This document shows, in pieces, positions 8,517 through 17,175 of a stretch of DNA of 30,115 bases. The notes under the pieces are model-generated. The model saw only the letters and a program-made list of their open reading frames with translations, was not told the origin of the DNA and did not search any database. Within the stretch, counting starts at the first letter, position 1. Every line of letters starts with the position of its first letter. A program made the translations under genes and the position numbers. Source of the stretch: a virus. Lineage: Duplodnaviria > Caudoviricetes. The stretch is taken from positions 1 to 30,115 of IMG/VR virus record IMGVR_UViG_3300017747_002189, one strand, 5' to 3'.

Positions 8517-10573
8517 TAGAAAGTTTTTTCAATTGCTTTTAATAAAGAAACTTTTGTTGTTGTATAATCCATAGGGTTATAACCTTCAATTGTATTTAAT
8601 CTGAATAAAACACCATCTATCCAAACTAACTTACCAAAATCAAGATTATAAATATCCATTGTATTAAGTAATGCATTACAGGTTAATAGCTTACTGTCTT
8701 TATCAGTTATCTCAGCCATATAATCTGAATAGTATGCATTGAATAAATTAGTAGTTGGATATGTTGTTGCTGTAAAAAAAATCTCTTTTGGTGCTCCAAA
8801 ATTTATATCATTAGTTGGACTAAATGGATTGTCAAGATGCCCAACGTAAGTATAAGTAGTTACGTTACTTAATACGTTATTATTTCCATTTTTAATTTTA
8901 TATCCTGTCCTTCCATTTATATATCTTGCCTGAAAAATCCTAATATTAAAATCAATAGATTCCTCAACTCCACCTGATCCAACTTTATAAATTGCAGGAT
9001 ATATTTTATCTGTACCCTGTTTTTGATATAATGGACTTGCACTAAATATCACCTCAGTAGTGTCAGTATCTTTAACAAAATCAAATTCAGTATCAAATAT
9101 CCTATCACCGTAACCCTCTGCATATTTCTTTCTATAGTTTTCATTATACAAATCATTGTCCTGTTTAAACTTAAATTGATAATATCTGGCATTAATTTCA
9201 CTCATTGGTTTAATGCTCATTGGCTTTGATCTATCAATTTTGTTTGTCCAATCTTCTGTAGAACCACTATAAAAATCAATGTATGGTTTTATAACTATTT
9301 TCTTTTCCTCTACAGGATCATCATAAACATACAGATTAAACATTTTACAGATTGATAAAAAGAAATCTCTCTGAAATATACCCTGTGGCAATTGCTTATC
9401 AAACTGTATTATTTCTCCATAATTGATTGGTACATCAGTCACAGTTGTAGTTGTAACTGACAAGCTACCTGATGAAACACTATATTGAGTTGCAGCAGAT
9501 GATACATAAATATCTATTGTATCATTAGTATTTAAAGTTGTAGTGTATTCTTTAAATAGGCTAAAATATCTTGGCAGGTATAAGACAGGAAATGTTTCTG
9601 ATGCAACTTCCAATGTGTTAACCCTTAATGATATAGTTACATCATAATAATTACCTAAACCATCCTGTTGAACATTCAGAAATTCCCCATATAATTGTGC
9701 CTGTATTGTACATGGAAAAGATGATGCTCCATTATATCTGTAGGAATTGCCAACTAATGTGAAATTACCTGCAGTCTGTACTGTAAAATCTGGGTAGTTA
9801 TCTGTGTTATATGTTGCCTCCACAGCCTCAGCAAAAAATGCCTGAGTTGATGTATTTGATAAAACCTTTCTATTTGTAGGTATAACAAGTCTGTCAAATA
9901 ATGAATTACTCAAATATGAAAAGTCCCAAGTATATCCAGATTGAATCCTAATTTTTTCAAGCATTTCTTTAACCTTGTAACAAGGTCTAAAAGCATTGAA
10001 TTGAAAATCAACTTTATCTGTACTAACATTCCCTATGTCAATTAAGCCATAAAGAATTGGACTTCCTGAAACAGGCACAGATTGATCTGTTATATTTGCT
10101 GCAGTCCATGCCTCATTATATGAACTATATGCAGAATAACCGCCACCTGTCACATTAGCTAAATCTTCTAATCTGTTATTTCCTAATGCTGAAATAAAGC
10201 CTCCTAATTCACCAAAAACTGCACATTGATATTCTATAGCTGATCCATCTTTAACGATCTCTAAGAGCCTTAAAACCCCTTTAAATATCTGTATTTTATC
10301 AATGAATATCCTACAGTTTGCAACCTTAGATGCATTGAAGTTATATCCCACATTAGGCTGATCATTATCTGTAATATTTGCATTGCCTAAATCAAAAACA
10401 AATCCAAAGATTTTGTTATTGTTTGCAGTACCTGTTATATTGATGGTCTTTGAAAAGGAAGTATTTTTACTACCAAAGTCCTGAATATCATCAATGGCAT
10501 ACTGAAACTCAGTTGATATTTCATCAACCAAATCCAACCTGTTATCTTCAATATAAATCTCTGTTGAAATCAT
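8516..10573 (-). CDS. Tail tip/baseplate structural protein
   Basis: 685 aa, beta-rich: IDDIQDFGSKNTSFSKTINI, FFLSICKMFNLY, DWTNKID; adjacent to tape measure gene. Confidence 0.7.
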   Translation of the reverse strand: MISTEIYIEDNRLDLVDEISTEFQYAIDDIQDFGSKNTSFSKTINITGTANNNKIFGFVFDLGNANITDNDQPNVGYNFNASKVANCRIFIDKIQIFKGVLRLLEIVKDGSAIEYQCAVFGELGGFISALGNNRLEDLANVTGGGYSAYSSYNEAWTAANITDQSVPVSGSPILYGLIDIGNVSTDKVDFQFNAFRPCYKVKEMLEKIRIQSGYTWDFSYLSNSLFDRLVIPTNRKVLSNTSTQAFFAEAVEATYNTDNYPDFTVQTAGNFTLVGNSYRYNGASSFPCTIQAQLYGEFLNVQQDGLGNYYDVTISLRVNTLEVASETFPVLYLPRYFSLFKEYTTTLNTNDTIDIYVSSAATQYSVSSGSLSVTTTTVTDVPINYGEIIQFDKQLPQGIFQRDFFLSICKMFNLYVYDDPVEEKKIVIKPYIDFYSGSTEDWTNKIDRSKPMSIKPMSEINARYYQFKFKQDNDLYNENYRKKYAEGYGDRIFDTEFDFVKDTDTTEVIFSASPLYQKQGTDKIYPAIYKVGSGGVEESIDFNIRIFQARYINGRTGYKIKNGNNNVLSNVTTYTYVGHLDNPFSPTNDINFGAPKEIFFTATTYPTTNLFNAYYSDYMAEITDKDSKLLTCNALLNTMDIYNLDFGKLVWIDGVLFRLNTIEGYNPMDYTTTKVSLLKAIEKTF

Positions 10574-11778
10574 CTAAACTGTGAGTTTAAGTATTTACTA
10601 ACCTCAATGTCTATTTCAAAATTAAATAGCTTGTCTGCACTCGCTACCTTGTATGTGTAATTTGTACTCGCAATTGTCACAGGGAAATATGCACCTTGTA
10701 CCTCAATATAACATATTGAACTCGCAACCAATTGAGCCAACCATGTATAGTCTTGTTCACTAACCCAATCAGATATTAAATGGAATCTGTCTTTATGCTG
10801 AATTGCATAGTTCAAAGATGTTTCATTATATCTGTTGTAAGCATCCACATTTTTCATCTGGTTGCCTGATAGCTGCCAATCATTTCTTCTGTATGAACTC
10901 CTCTGGAATTCGCTGCTTCGCCTATTGACCAGAGCAAACTTCATTGTGTCCCAACCTCCAACTCTATTCAGGAAATGCAGGTTATATTGCTTGTATTTAG
11001 GATAGCATTTCTGCCTGATCTTTAAAACTCTTGAAACCGCAACCCCTCTTTTCAAATAGAAATTATAACCATATGTTGATGAAGTTATTATTGTACTACC
11101 TGCCCAATCATTAACGTGAGCAGCCTGTAAATTAAAGAGATTCATCTCTCCTGCTAAACTAATGTTCGCACTAACTGTAGTTAAAACCTGCTCTCCTGAA
11201 TCAACAACCTCAACCCATGCAGAATATGTACCTCCTGTTTTTTTAAAATATGTTGCATAAAAATTGTCACCATATTCAATTCCTATTTCATCAGTATCTC
11301 TTTCTGTTAGCCAATCATCACTAAAATTCTCAATCAAAAGATTATCATAATAGTTAGATAGTACCAATGGAGTATTATCATTGATTGCAAGAATATCCGC
11401 AAACAATGGTGGATAGTAATTGTAACTACTGAACTCACCAGATGCCATATTTCTGGTTATAGTTCCTGTGACCTCCTCACCTACAGCAACATTATAAGTT
11501 ACCTTTAATTTGTCATTAGATGCCACCAGAATTGAATTTCCAGAAGGCTCAAAGTAATTTGTAACATATGCCCTGACAATTGGTGATGCATTGAAAATTC
11601 CAACACTACCAGAAGGATCAGGGAAAACCTTTACTGTGCTAACTATATTTCCATTAACCCTTACATCATACACAAATTTAAAATTTGTAGTTCCTGAATT
11701 TGTAGATGTTGAAACAAACCACAAATCATCATGCAGAGATGCATATGCTGCAGGACTATCTGTTATCGTTATTGCCAT
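10570..11778 (-). CDS. Tail structural protein (distal-tail-like)
   Basis: 402 aa, beta-rich, FLNRVGGWDTMKF motif; translationally coupled to the next tail gene. Confidence 0.65.
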   Translation of the reverse strand: MAITITDSPAAYASLHDDLWFVSTSTNSGTTNFKFVYDVRVNGNIVSTVKVFPDPSGSVGIFNASPIVRAYVTNYFEPSGNSILVASNDKLKVTYNVAVGEEVTGTITRNMASGEFSSYNYYPPLFADILAINDNTPLVLSNYYDNLLIENFSDDWLTERDTDEIGIEYGDNFYATYFKKTGGTYSAWVEVVDSGEQVLTTVSANISLAGEMNLFNLQAAHVNDWAGSTIITSSTYGYNFYLKRGVAVSRVLKIRQKCYPKYKQYNLHFLNRVGGWDTMKFALVNRRSSEFQRSSYRRNDWQLSGNQMKNVDAYNRYNETSLNYAIQHKDRFHLISDWVSEQDYTWLAQLVASSICYIEVQGAYFPVTIASTNYTYKVASADKLFNFEIDIEVSKYLNSQFR

Positions 11779-12445
11779 AAGATTTTATTTGTACAATTAT
11801 ATCAGCACTTAGAGCAATCTCTAATGCCTCTCTAAATTCTTTATTGAATACTAAATTAATTGCCTGATCAACATATTGCGTTGCTTTTATACCGTCTCTC
11901 TTTATCCCTCTTGCAATTGCATATGCCAAAGTTCTTTTACTTTTTGCAGCGTCAGTTATAGCAGTCAAACTTTTTCTTTTCTTTTCGACTCTGGTAATTG
12001 GTACTCTAACAGCACCAGATTTAAATTTTGCATTTGCTAACCATCTTATAATGGCATTCCTCATAGAAAGTCCAACTTTCATTGATTTAAACCTATATTT
12101 ACCTGTAGTGAATTTCTTTTTTGCATTCTTTCCCCCAACACCTGAAACACCTTTATTTATAAAATCATAGTATTTATCTTGTTTTGATCCTATTGGATAA
12201 CCAAGATTTAAAACAGACAAAGATTCTTTATTCTGAATAAAAGGAATTTCAATGTCTAATAATGCTCCTGTATTAATTGCTGCCGCCCTTTGCAAGTTTC
12301 TTTTGATTGCCTTGTTAAATTCCAAACCAAACTCAAATAAAACCTTTTCAAGTGCATTAAATGTGTTTGGATCAACATCATTAAATTCTGCATTGAACTT
12401 ATTCACAAAGTCATCAGCAATAAATTTAGCCTGAGCCTTATTCAT
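11756..12445 (-). CDS. Putative neck/tail-completion protein (HK97 gp10-like, basic)
   Basis: Likely start MNKAQ at 12445; the track's start at 12517 crosses a terminator. Motifs NTGAL, YYDFINKGVSG, AYAIARGIKRDGIKAT. Confidence 0.55.
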   Translation of the reverse strand: MNKAQAKFIADDFVNKFNAEFNDVDPNTFNALEKVLFEFGLEFNKAIKRNLQRAAAINTGALLDIEIPFIQNKESLSVLNLGYPIGSKQDKYYDFINKGVSGVGGKNAKKKFTTGKYRFKSMKVGLSMRNAIIRWLANAKFKSGAVRVPITRVEKKRKSLTAITDAAKSKRTLAYAIARGIKRDGIKATQYVDQAINLVFNKEFREALEIALSADIIVQIKSYGNNDNR

Positions 12446-12448
12446 ATA

Positions 12449-12477
12449 TATAAATGAAGAAAATCTTAGAAAATAAC
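12449..12477 (-). promoter_or_regulatory. Putative late promoter GTTA-N17-CATTTATA
   Basis: + strand TAAATG at 12451-12456 and TAAC at 12474-12477, 17-bp spacer. Confidence 0.65.
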
Positions 12478-12483
12478 TGGAAT

Positions 12484-12510
12484 AAAAAACCCCGCCTAAA
12501 AAGGCAGGGT
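12484..12510 (-). terminator. Intrinsic terminator
   Basis: - strand ACCCTGCCT-TTTT-AGGCGGGGT followed by TTTTTATT; core is 19/20 identical to the terminator at 3713-3732. Confidence 0.85.
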
Positions 12511-12530
12511 AAAACAACCGCTATGAAAAA

Positions 12531-12764
12531 TTATTGTAATTGAATTAAAATTTTCTTTAATAACAAATAAGGTACTGTGCTGATATATGTATGATTCCCA
12601 ACATGAATCTCAGTATATTCAACCCCATCTCTAACATATGGCAAGATCACATCTATATTACAGAAATATGCCATAACCCTATCAAGATCATCCCAATTAA
12701 ACTCCATATCTAAATCCTTGAGCATCTTTGTTGTATCTGTATGGTACAAGATTTCTATTTCCAT
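12531..12764 (-). CDS. Hypothetical protein
   Basis: 77 aa ORF abutting the upstream gene and followed by a terminator. Confidence 0.6.
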   Translation of the reverse strand: MEIEILYHTDTTKMLKDLDMEFNWDDLDRVMAYFCNIDVILPYVRDGVEYTEIHVGNHTYISTVPYLLLKKILIQLQ

Positions 12765-13484
12765 TTATCCGTTTTTAATATAATCTCTTTCTGCCTTCAA
12801 ATATGACAGATCATTTAAGAATTGTATAACAGGCAAATTGTATGCTGCATCCAGAGTTATGCTTTCATGCTCTGCAACAATTTTAGCACAATACTGCCAC
12901 CCATAAAACTCAACAAACCTGCTGCCTCCTCTTTGCTGCTGACTTTCCATATCCTGATCTATCTCATCGTATAACCCCTTATAATTAGAATCCAGATCAG
13001 CAATCATCTTAACATACTTAGTTACAGAAAAATAAACATCAACAAAATTTGCCTCCTGTATGTCCTGACTATAAATGCTATGCAAGGTTGCATTGTAGCG
13101 CTTAGTAAAATAACCCAATGGAGTCAATACTGTTGGAATCACCATACTCGCTGCAACTTTATGCAAGTTCTGAACAAAGTCCTTAGCAAATACTTTTGTT
13201 TCAATATATCTGGCAGTATTTACTTTGTTTATATCGTAATTGCAGATATATCTTTTTAAACCTATTTGAATATAGTCTTTTGGTTTTCCATCAAACTGAG
13301 TGATTAAGAACTTTATTTTCTGCAGTTCCTTTAATAACCTTTTATGGCTGTACTTCTCAACCTGTGACTCTGTGGTTGAGTTTATGATTGCTATTATTCG
13401 CATGGCATGACCTAATGGATTTTCACCCAATAGGATTTTCTCAAGCTGTTGATACTGAAATACATTCAGATCATTCCATGTCAT
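12765..13484 (-). CDS. Putative tail assembly chaperone-like protein
   Basis: 239 aa, helical; 'WNDLNVFQYQQL' N-terminus and 'YGWQY...LPVIQFLNDLSYLK' C-terminus resemble chaperone-type proteins. Function inferred. Confidence 0.45.
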   Translation of the reverse strand: MTWNDLNVFQYQQLEKILLGENPLGHAMRIIAIINSTTESQVEKYSHKRLLKELQKIKFLITQFDGKPKDYIQIGLKRYICNYDINKVNTARYIETKVFAKDFVQNLHKVAASMVIPTVLTPLGYFTKRYNATLHSIYSQDIQEANFVDVYFSVTKYVKMIADLDSNYKGLYDEIDQDMESQQQRGGSRFVEFYGWQYCAKIVAEHESITLDAAYNLPVIQFLNDLSYLKAERDYIKNG

Positions 13485-13591
13485 CAGTAATGTATTTGAT
13501 CATACCATTCTATAAATGCATAATATAAACCTACAGCAACAATAGGAAAACAAATTAACATTGCTAACGTAATCCATAGAATACTAACCAT
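13484..13591 (-). CDS. Small membrane peptide (35 aa)
   Basis: MVSILWITLAMLICFPIVAVGLYYAFIEWYDQIHY from ATG 13591; the longer track version overlaps the HTH gene. Confidence 0.5.
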   Translation of the reverse strand: MVSILWITLAMLICFPIVAVGLYYAFIEWYDQIHY

Positions 13592-13790
13592 GTATTTCAG
13601 TATAATCTGAAAGGTTGATGGTGACTCTTTTTCCCATAGCTGAAAAAATCTTCTCAATAATGGATAGTCTTGGTGGATTGCCATTTTCAATTCTGTTTAT
13701 TGAAACAAAGCTGATGCCTGATTTCTCAGCTAATTGTTTCTGAGTTAGGTTTTGTTCTTGTCTTGTTTTCTTTAAAAGTTCACCGATCAT
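13584..13790 (-). CDS. XRE/Cro-family HTH regulator
   Basis: LKKTRQEQNLTQKQLAEKSGISFVSINRIENG, a classical HTH_3 pattern. Confidence 0.92.
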   Translation of the reverse strand: MIGELLKKTRQEQNLTQKQLAEKSGISFVSINRIENGNPPRLSIIEKIFSAMGKRVTINLSDYTEIHG

Positions 13791-14020
13791 ATTTCTGTTT
13801 GTTTGATTATTTCTGTTTTCTTTTCACCTCTGCTTTCTACAATAAATTGATACATTTTATCTGCCTTTTCTGAATCTCCTGACATTGATCCTGAAACATA
13901 TGATCCATCAAGAGTTACAAAATAAGTTACTTCACCTGCAAAATTTGTTTCTTTAATTAGTTCAACTTTCATGGTAGTTGTTTTCACAAAGTCTGTTTCT
14001 TTGATTGATTCGATTTTCAT
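13787..14020 (-). CDS. Hypothetical protein
   Basis: 77 aa with its own TATATTTG promoter; coupled to the HTH gene. Confidence 0.65.
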   Translation of the reverse strand: MKIESIKETDFVKTTTMKVELIKETNFAGEVTYFVTLDGSYVSGSMSGDSEKADKMYQFIVESRGEKKTEIIKQTEI

Positions 14021-14034
14021 AATAGTGGTTTTTG

Positions 14035-14042
14035 CAAATATA
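14035..14042 (-). promoter_or_regulatory. Bacteroidota-type -7 promoter element TATATTTG
   Basis: Matches TAnnTTTG, 14 nt upstream of ATG 14020. Confidence 0.65.
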
Positions 14043-14050
14043 AATAAAAT

Positions 14051-14350
14051 TTAATAATTAATGATTTCTTGTCTGAATCTTTTTTCTTCTTTATGTCTTT
14101 GATAGTAACTTTCTCCACGAAGTTCAGATTGTTGTTCTTGAATTTTTGCTCTTGCACGTCTTATTGATTCAGGATTTGACAGTTTTCCTTCAGAAAATAT
14201 CTTAAGAAATTCAAAAACCGTTATCTTATCTTTTCCTTGTGTAACCAATTCTCGCCACCAAATGTTGGCAATTAATGCTTGATCATTATCACGTAAATGC
14301 TGCTTATTTGTCAATAAGTCAATTATAACTTCTTTGTTATGTAATTTCAT
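14051..14350 (-). CDS. Hypothetical phage protein
   Basis: 99 aa: LRDND..LIANIW...PESIRRARAKIQE. Confidence 0.65.
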   Translation of the reverse strand: MKLHNKEVIIDLLTNKQHLRDNDQALIANIWWRELVTQGKDKITVFEFLKIFSEGKLSNPESIRRARAKIQEQQSELRGESYYQRHKEEKRFRQEIINY

Positions 14351-14433
14351 AAAGAATAATTATCTTGTATTAAACCAATAATAATTGCGCCAATAATTAA
14401 TGCTAAAAGTAAGTTTACTATTTCTTTTTTCAT
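14347..14433 (-). CDS. Small membrane peptide (28 aa), not in ORF track
   Basis: MKKEIVNLLLALIIGAIIIGLIQDNYSL; stop overlaps the next ATG (ATGA); fills the gap exactly. Confidence 0.6.
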   Translation of the reverse strand: MKKEIVNLLLALIIGAIIIGLIQDNYSL

Positions 14434-14442
14434 TATAAGTGA

Positions 14443-14736
14443 TTAAATAACCATCAATCTTTTTTTCAATTCTAATAATGAGTCAATTTGATTCATATCA
14501 TTTGCAAAACGATTCATTCTATCTAAATTGTTTTCTCCTTTATTAAACTTATATTTTATTTGAATTAATTGAAATAATTGCTTAGATGCATCATAAACTT
14601 CTTTTGAAGTTTCTTTACTTGGATACATTTGATAAGTTTCTCCATTTCTTGAAATAGAAAATCTTATTCCTTCTCCATTAGAAAATTTTGCTTTACAATT
14701 CATTTTGTCATGTGTGATTGTTAATTTACTTTTCAT
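14443..14736 (-). CDS. Hypothetical protein
   Basis: 97 aa; preceded by an AAAAACACTTATT leader and near-consensus TATATTAG (14760-14767). Confidence 0.6.
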   Translation of the reverse strand: MKSKLTITHDKMNCKAKFSNGEGIRFSISRNGETYQMYPSKETSKEVYDASKQLFQLIQIKYKFNKGENNLDRMNRFANDMNQIDSLLELKKRLMVI

Positions 14737-14830
14737 AATAAGTGTTTTTGTTTATACAGCTAATATAAACCTTTCTTTAATAATAGAACACTTAAAGTAA
14801 ACTTTTTTTTAAAAAATATTACAATATTTT

Positions 14831-14857
14831 ATAATATATTGTAAATCAATCAGTTAT
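14831..14857. repeat. Imperfect palindrome, copy A (TAA-N4-TTGW-N3-TCAA-N4-TTA)
   Basis: ATAATATATTGTAAATCAATCAGTTAT; 20/27 identical to copy B at 17521-17547. Confidence 0.55.
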
Positions 14858-14885
14858 AAAATGGTTAAAACGGGCAATTTCACTG

Positions 14886-15542
14886 TTATTTCACAGTTTT
14901 TTTCATCTTATAATGCCTTTCATAGATATGCATATTGCAAACATAATGGTAATATTTGCCTACTTTTCTTTCTAATTCTTTTGCTACCATTATTTGAAGT
15001 TCACTAAAACAGTATTGATCATTGCAGAAACCATAAACAAGATCATTTGATCTCATCATTACTTGCATACTTAATTCGTCATTATTATCTATATAAAAAT
15101 TAATAGCATATGTGCAGATTGTGTCTTTAGCATATTTGTCTATTTCTTTACCATCATACAATGAAATACTCGCTCTACGTGTCAGAGGATCATTTCTAAG
15201 CATGTCTATAACCTTATTAAGTTGGTTATTTCTTTTCCATTGATAACCATAGTTAGAATTGACATTTCCATTCTCATCCATCATGGTTGCCCATATCTTA
15301 GCTTTTTTAGATATTTCTTCCGCATTAGGATTACCTGACAAGTACCATTGGAACTCATATTCAGCATAGTATGAATTCCATTTACGCCATTCTGTTCTTA
15401 TTAAGTTTTCTTTAGGTGTTCTTATTTCAACTAATACATTATGGACTGTCTTAGTTCCATTTCTTTCTTCACCATTTTTCATTATAATGTCATACAAGTC
15501 TTCAAATGCATCTTGAGCATTATAATATGATTTGTTGTACAT
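14886..15542 (-). CDS. Thymidylate-synthase-fold enzyme of the dCMP hydroxymethylase (T4 gp42-like) type
   Basis: EFQWY, KIW..., NSNYG, TRRA, catalytic DTICT, MRSNDLVYGFCND (Asp where ThyA has Asn), NMHIYERH. Confidence 0.85.
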   Translation of the reverse strand: MYNKSYYNAQDAFEDLYDIIMKNGEERNGTKTVHNVLVEIRTPKENLIRTEWRKWNSYYAEYEFQWYLSGNPNAEEISKKAKIWATMMDENGNVNSNYGYQWKRNNQLNKVIDMLRNDPLTRRASISLYDGKEIDKYAKDTICTYAINFYIDNNDELSMQVMMRSNDLVYGFCNDQYCFSELQIMVAKELERKVGKYYHYVCNMHIYERHYKMKKTVK

Positions 15543-15927
15543 AAATCTTTGATTTTCGTAATAAGTTTAATCCATCGAGGATTCTATATTCTTCTAAGTA
15601 ATATACTTTTTTTATTCCAGATTGAATAATTATTTTGGCACATTCAAAACAAGGCGACAAAGTTACATACAATGCCGCCCCATCTGAATTGTTTGATGAC
15701 TTAGCACATTTTGCTATTGCATTTGATTCCGCATGAAGCACATCTGGTCTTGTAGATCCATCTTCTAACTCACATACATTAGGAAAACCACTAATTGTCC
15801 CATTATAACCAATTGCTATAACGTTATCTTGATTGACAATTAATGCTCCTACTTTTTTTCTTACACAGTAAGAAGCTTGTGCTACATTCAGAGCCAAATT
15901 CATGTAAAATGTATGCTTATTTTGCAT
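15520..15927 (-). CDS. dCMP deaminase (ComEB/T4 cd family)
   Basis: CVRKKVGA, GYNG, HAESNA and SPCFEC zinc motifs. Confidence 0.93.
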   Translation of the reverse strand: MQNKHTFYMNLALNVAQASYCVRKKVGALIVNQDNVIAIGYNGTISGFPNVCELEDGSTRPDVLHAESNAIAKCAKSSNNSDGAALYVTLSPCFECAKIIIQSGIKKVYYLEEYRILDGLNLLRKSKIYVQQIIL

Positions 15928-16222
15928 TCTTTACAAATGTTCCATTTTCCATTTTACCACTTCTCTTTGCAATAACTTCATATGCGCCATTAATGCAATG
16001 CTCTATTTTAACTCCCCCAAGATGAGCAAGATTTGTTAGAACAACAACGCAATCTCCTATTGCATCATTAAATTCTGAATGATCATTTTTTAAAATAGCT
16101 TTTGCAAGTTCACCTGCTTCTTCTTGTAGTTTTACGAATTGAGTCTTTACATCGCCTTTTTCATATAATCCTCTACTTCTTGCCCATTTTCTTATAGGTT
16201 CAAATTCATTAGTTAATTCCAT
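15917..16222 (-). CDS. mazG: MazG-like all-alpha NTP pyrophosphohydrolase
   Basis: KLQEEAGELAKA...DAIGDCVVVL; C-terminal KRSGKMENGTFVK. Confidence 0.88.
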   Translation of the reverse strand: MELTNEFEPIRKWARSRGLYEKGDVKTQFVKLQEEAGELAKAILKNDHSEFNDAIGDCVVVLTNLAHLGGVKIEHCINGAYEVIAKRSGKMENGTFVKNAK

Positions 16223-16223
16223 A

Positions 16224-16976
16224 TTATTTACGTTTTAATACCCACAATGTATTGCGAGATTGTTCAGGAAAAAATGGTGCCATAATTACGCTAAGCAAGT
16301 TACTATCATAGTATGCTTTTAATTCTTCAAACATTTTAACTTGCCAATCATTTAATAGATGTTTATAATCTTTAATTGAAGCAAAAGTTCCAAACTTTTT
16401 TTCAATATTAAAATATTTTTCTATATGTGATTGCAATTCAAAATGATTAAATTCTTGTACAGCAACACCTCTTCCATCTCCTGAATCATATGTATGATTT
16501 CCTGCTGCTCCTACATTTTCATCAAAGTTAGGAGTACTAATGTAATATGTAGCATTGTCATTTCCGCAATCTTTCATGTTTGAAAGAAATGCATCTATAT
16601 TCTGCTTACCAACATGTTCAGCAACTTCAAATGAACAAACCTTGTCTGCTTGAAATTGCTTGTAATCCATAGATGGCACTATTAAATCATCAGCATAAAA
16701 TTCTGCCCATTCTACTGGTTTAAATTTTTCTTTTGCTGCTTCAATAGTTTGCTTACGAATATCAATTCCTATGTATTTCTCACATTTGAATTTATTTCTA
16801 TAAAATACTTCAAGCATATTTCCTTTGCCACACCCAAAGTCTACTACTGTTTCACCAATTTTGGCTTCTTTAACAATATGTGACCATCTTAAATAATGTG
16901 CAAATTGATCTCTGTGAAATACATGCCTTTCAAATGTTGAAACAGGATCTAAATCTGTCGTGTTATACTTTTTCAT
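16224..16976 (-). CDS. Class I SAM-dependent methyltransferase (small-molecule/UbiG-like)
   Basis: VVDFGCGKG (motif I), YIGIDI, SFEVAEHV, ISTPN. Confidence 0.88.
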   Translation of the reverse strand: MKKYNTTDLDPVSTFERHVFHRDQFAHYLRWSHIVKEAKIGETVVDFGCGKGNMLEVFYRNKFKCEKYIGIDIRKQTIEAAKEKFKPVEWAEFYADDLIVPSMDYKQFQADKVCSFEVAEHVGKQNIDAFLSNMKDCGNDNATYYISTPNFDENVGAAGNHTYDSGDGRGVAVQEFNHFELQSHIEKYFNIEKKFGTFASIKDYKHLLNDWQVKMFEELKAYYDSNLLSVIMAPFFPEQSRNTLWVLKRK

Positions 16977-16990
16977 AATGGTGGTAAAAT

Positions 16991-17173
16991 TTATTGAGCT
17001 AAAGTTACTTTAGTCAATTGTTTAGAAAATAGTTTGTTATTAGATTTTACTTGACAATACTCTTTGTTGTCTTTTTTACTTGTGTAGATTTTTACAACTT
17101 CTCCTACAATTGTTGTTTTAGGTTTAGAAAATGATTCAAACTGAACATTTGCGCCGATTGTGATTGTTTCCAT
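16991..17173 (-). CDS. Small beta-rich hypothetical protein (SH3/KOW-like pattern)
   Basis: 60 aa, ITIGANVQF...GEVVKI...YCQVK; fills the gap within the operon. Confidence 0.55.
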   Translation of the reverse strand: METITIGANVQFESFSKPKTTIVGEVVKIYTSKKDNKEYCQVKSNNKLFSKQLTKVTLAQ

Positions 17174-17175
17174 TT

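Noticed and set aside
12446-12517. N-terminal extension MFYPAFLGG... of ORF 11756-12517
   Set aside because: It runs through a terminator and the promoter motif; ATG 12445 is the better start. Similar over-extensions occur at 13690, 24488, 29098 and 29534.
14886-15542. Canonical thyA
   Set aside because: Lacks the LxPCH and PFN motifs; has Asp at the specificity position.
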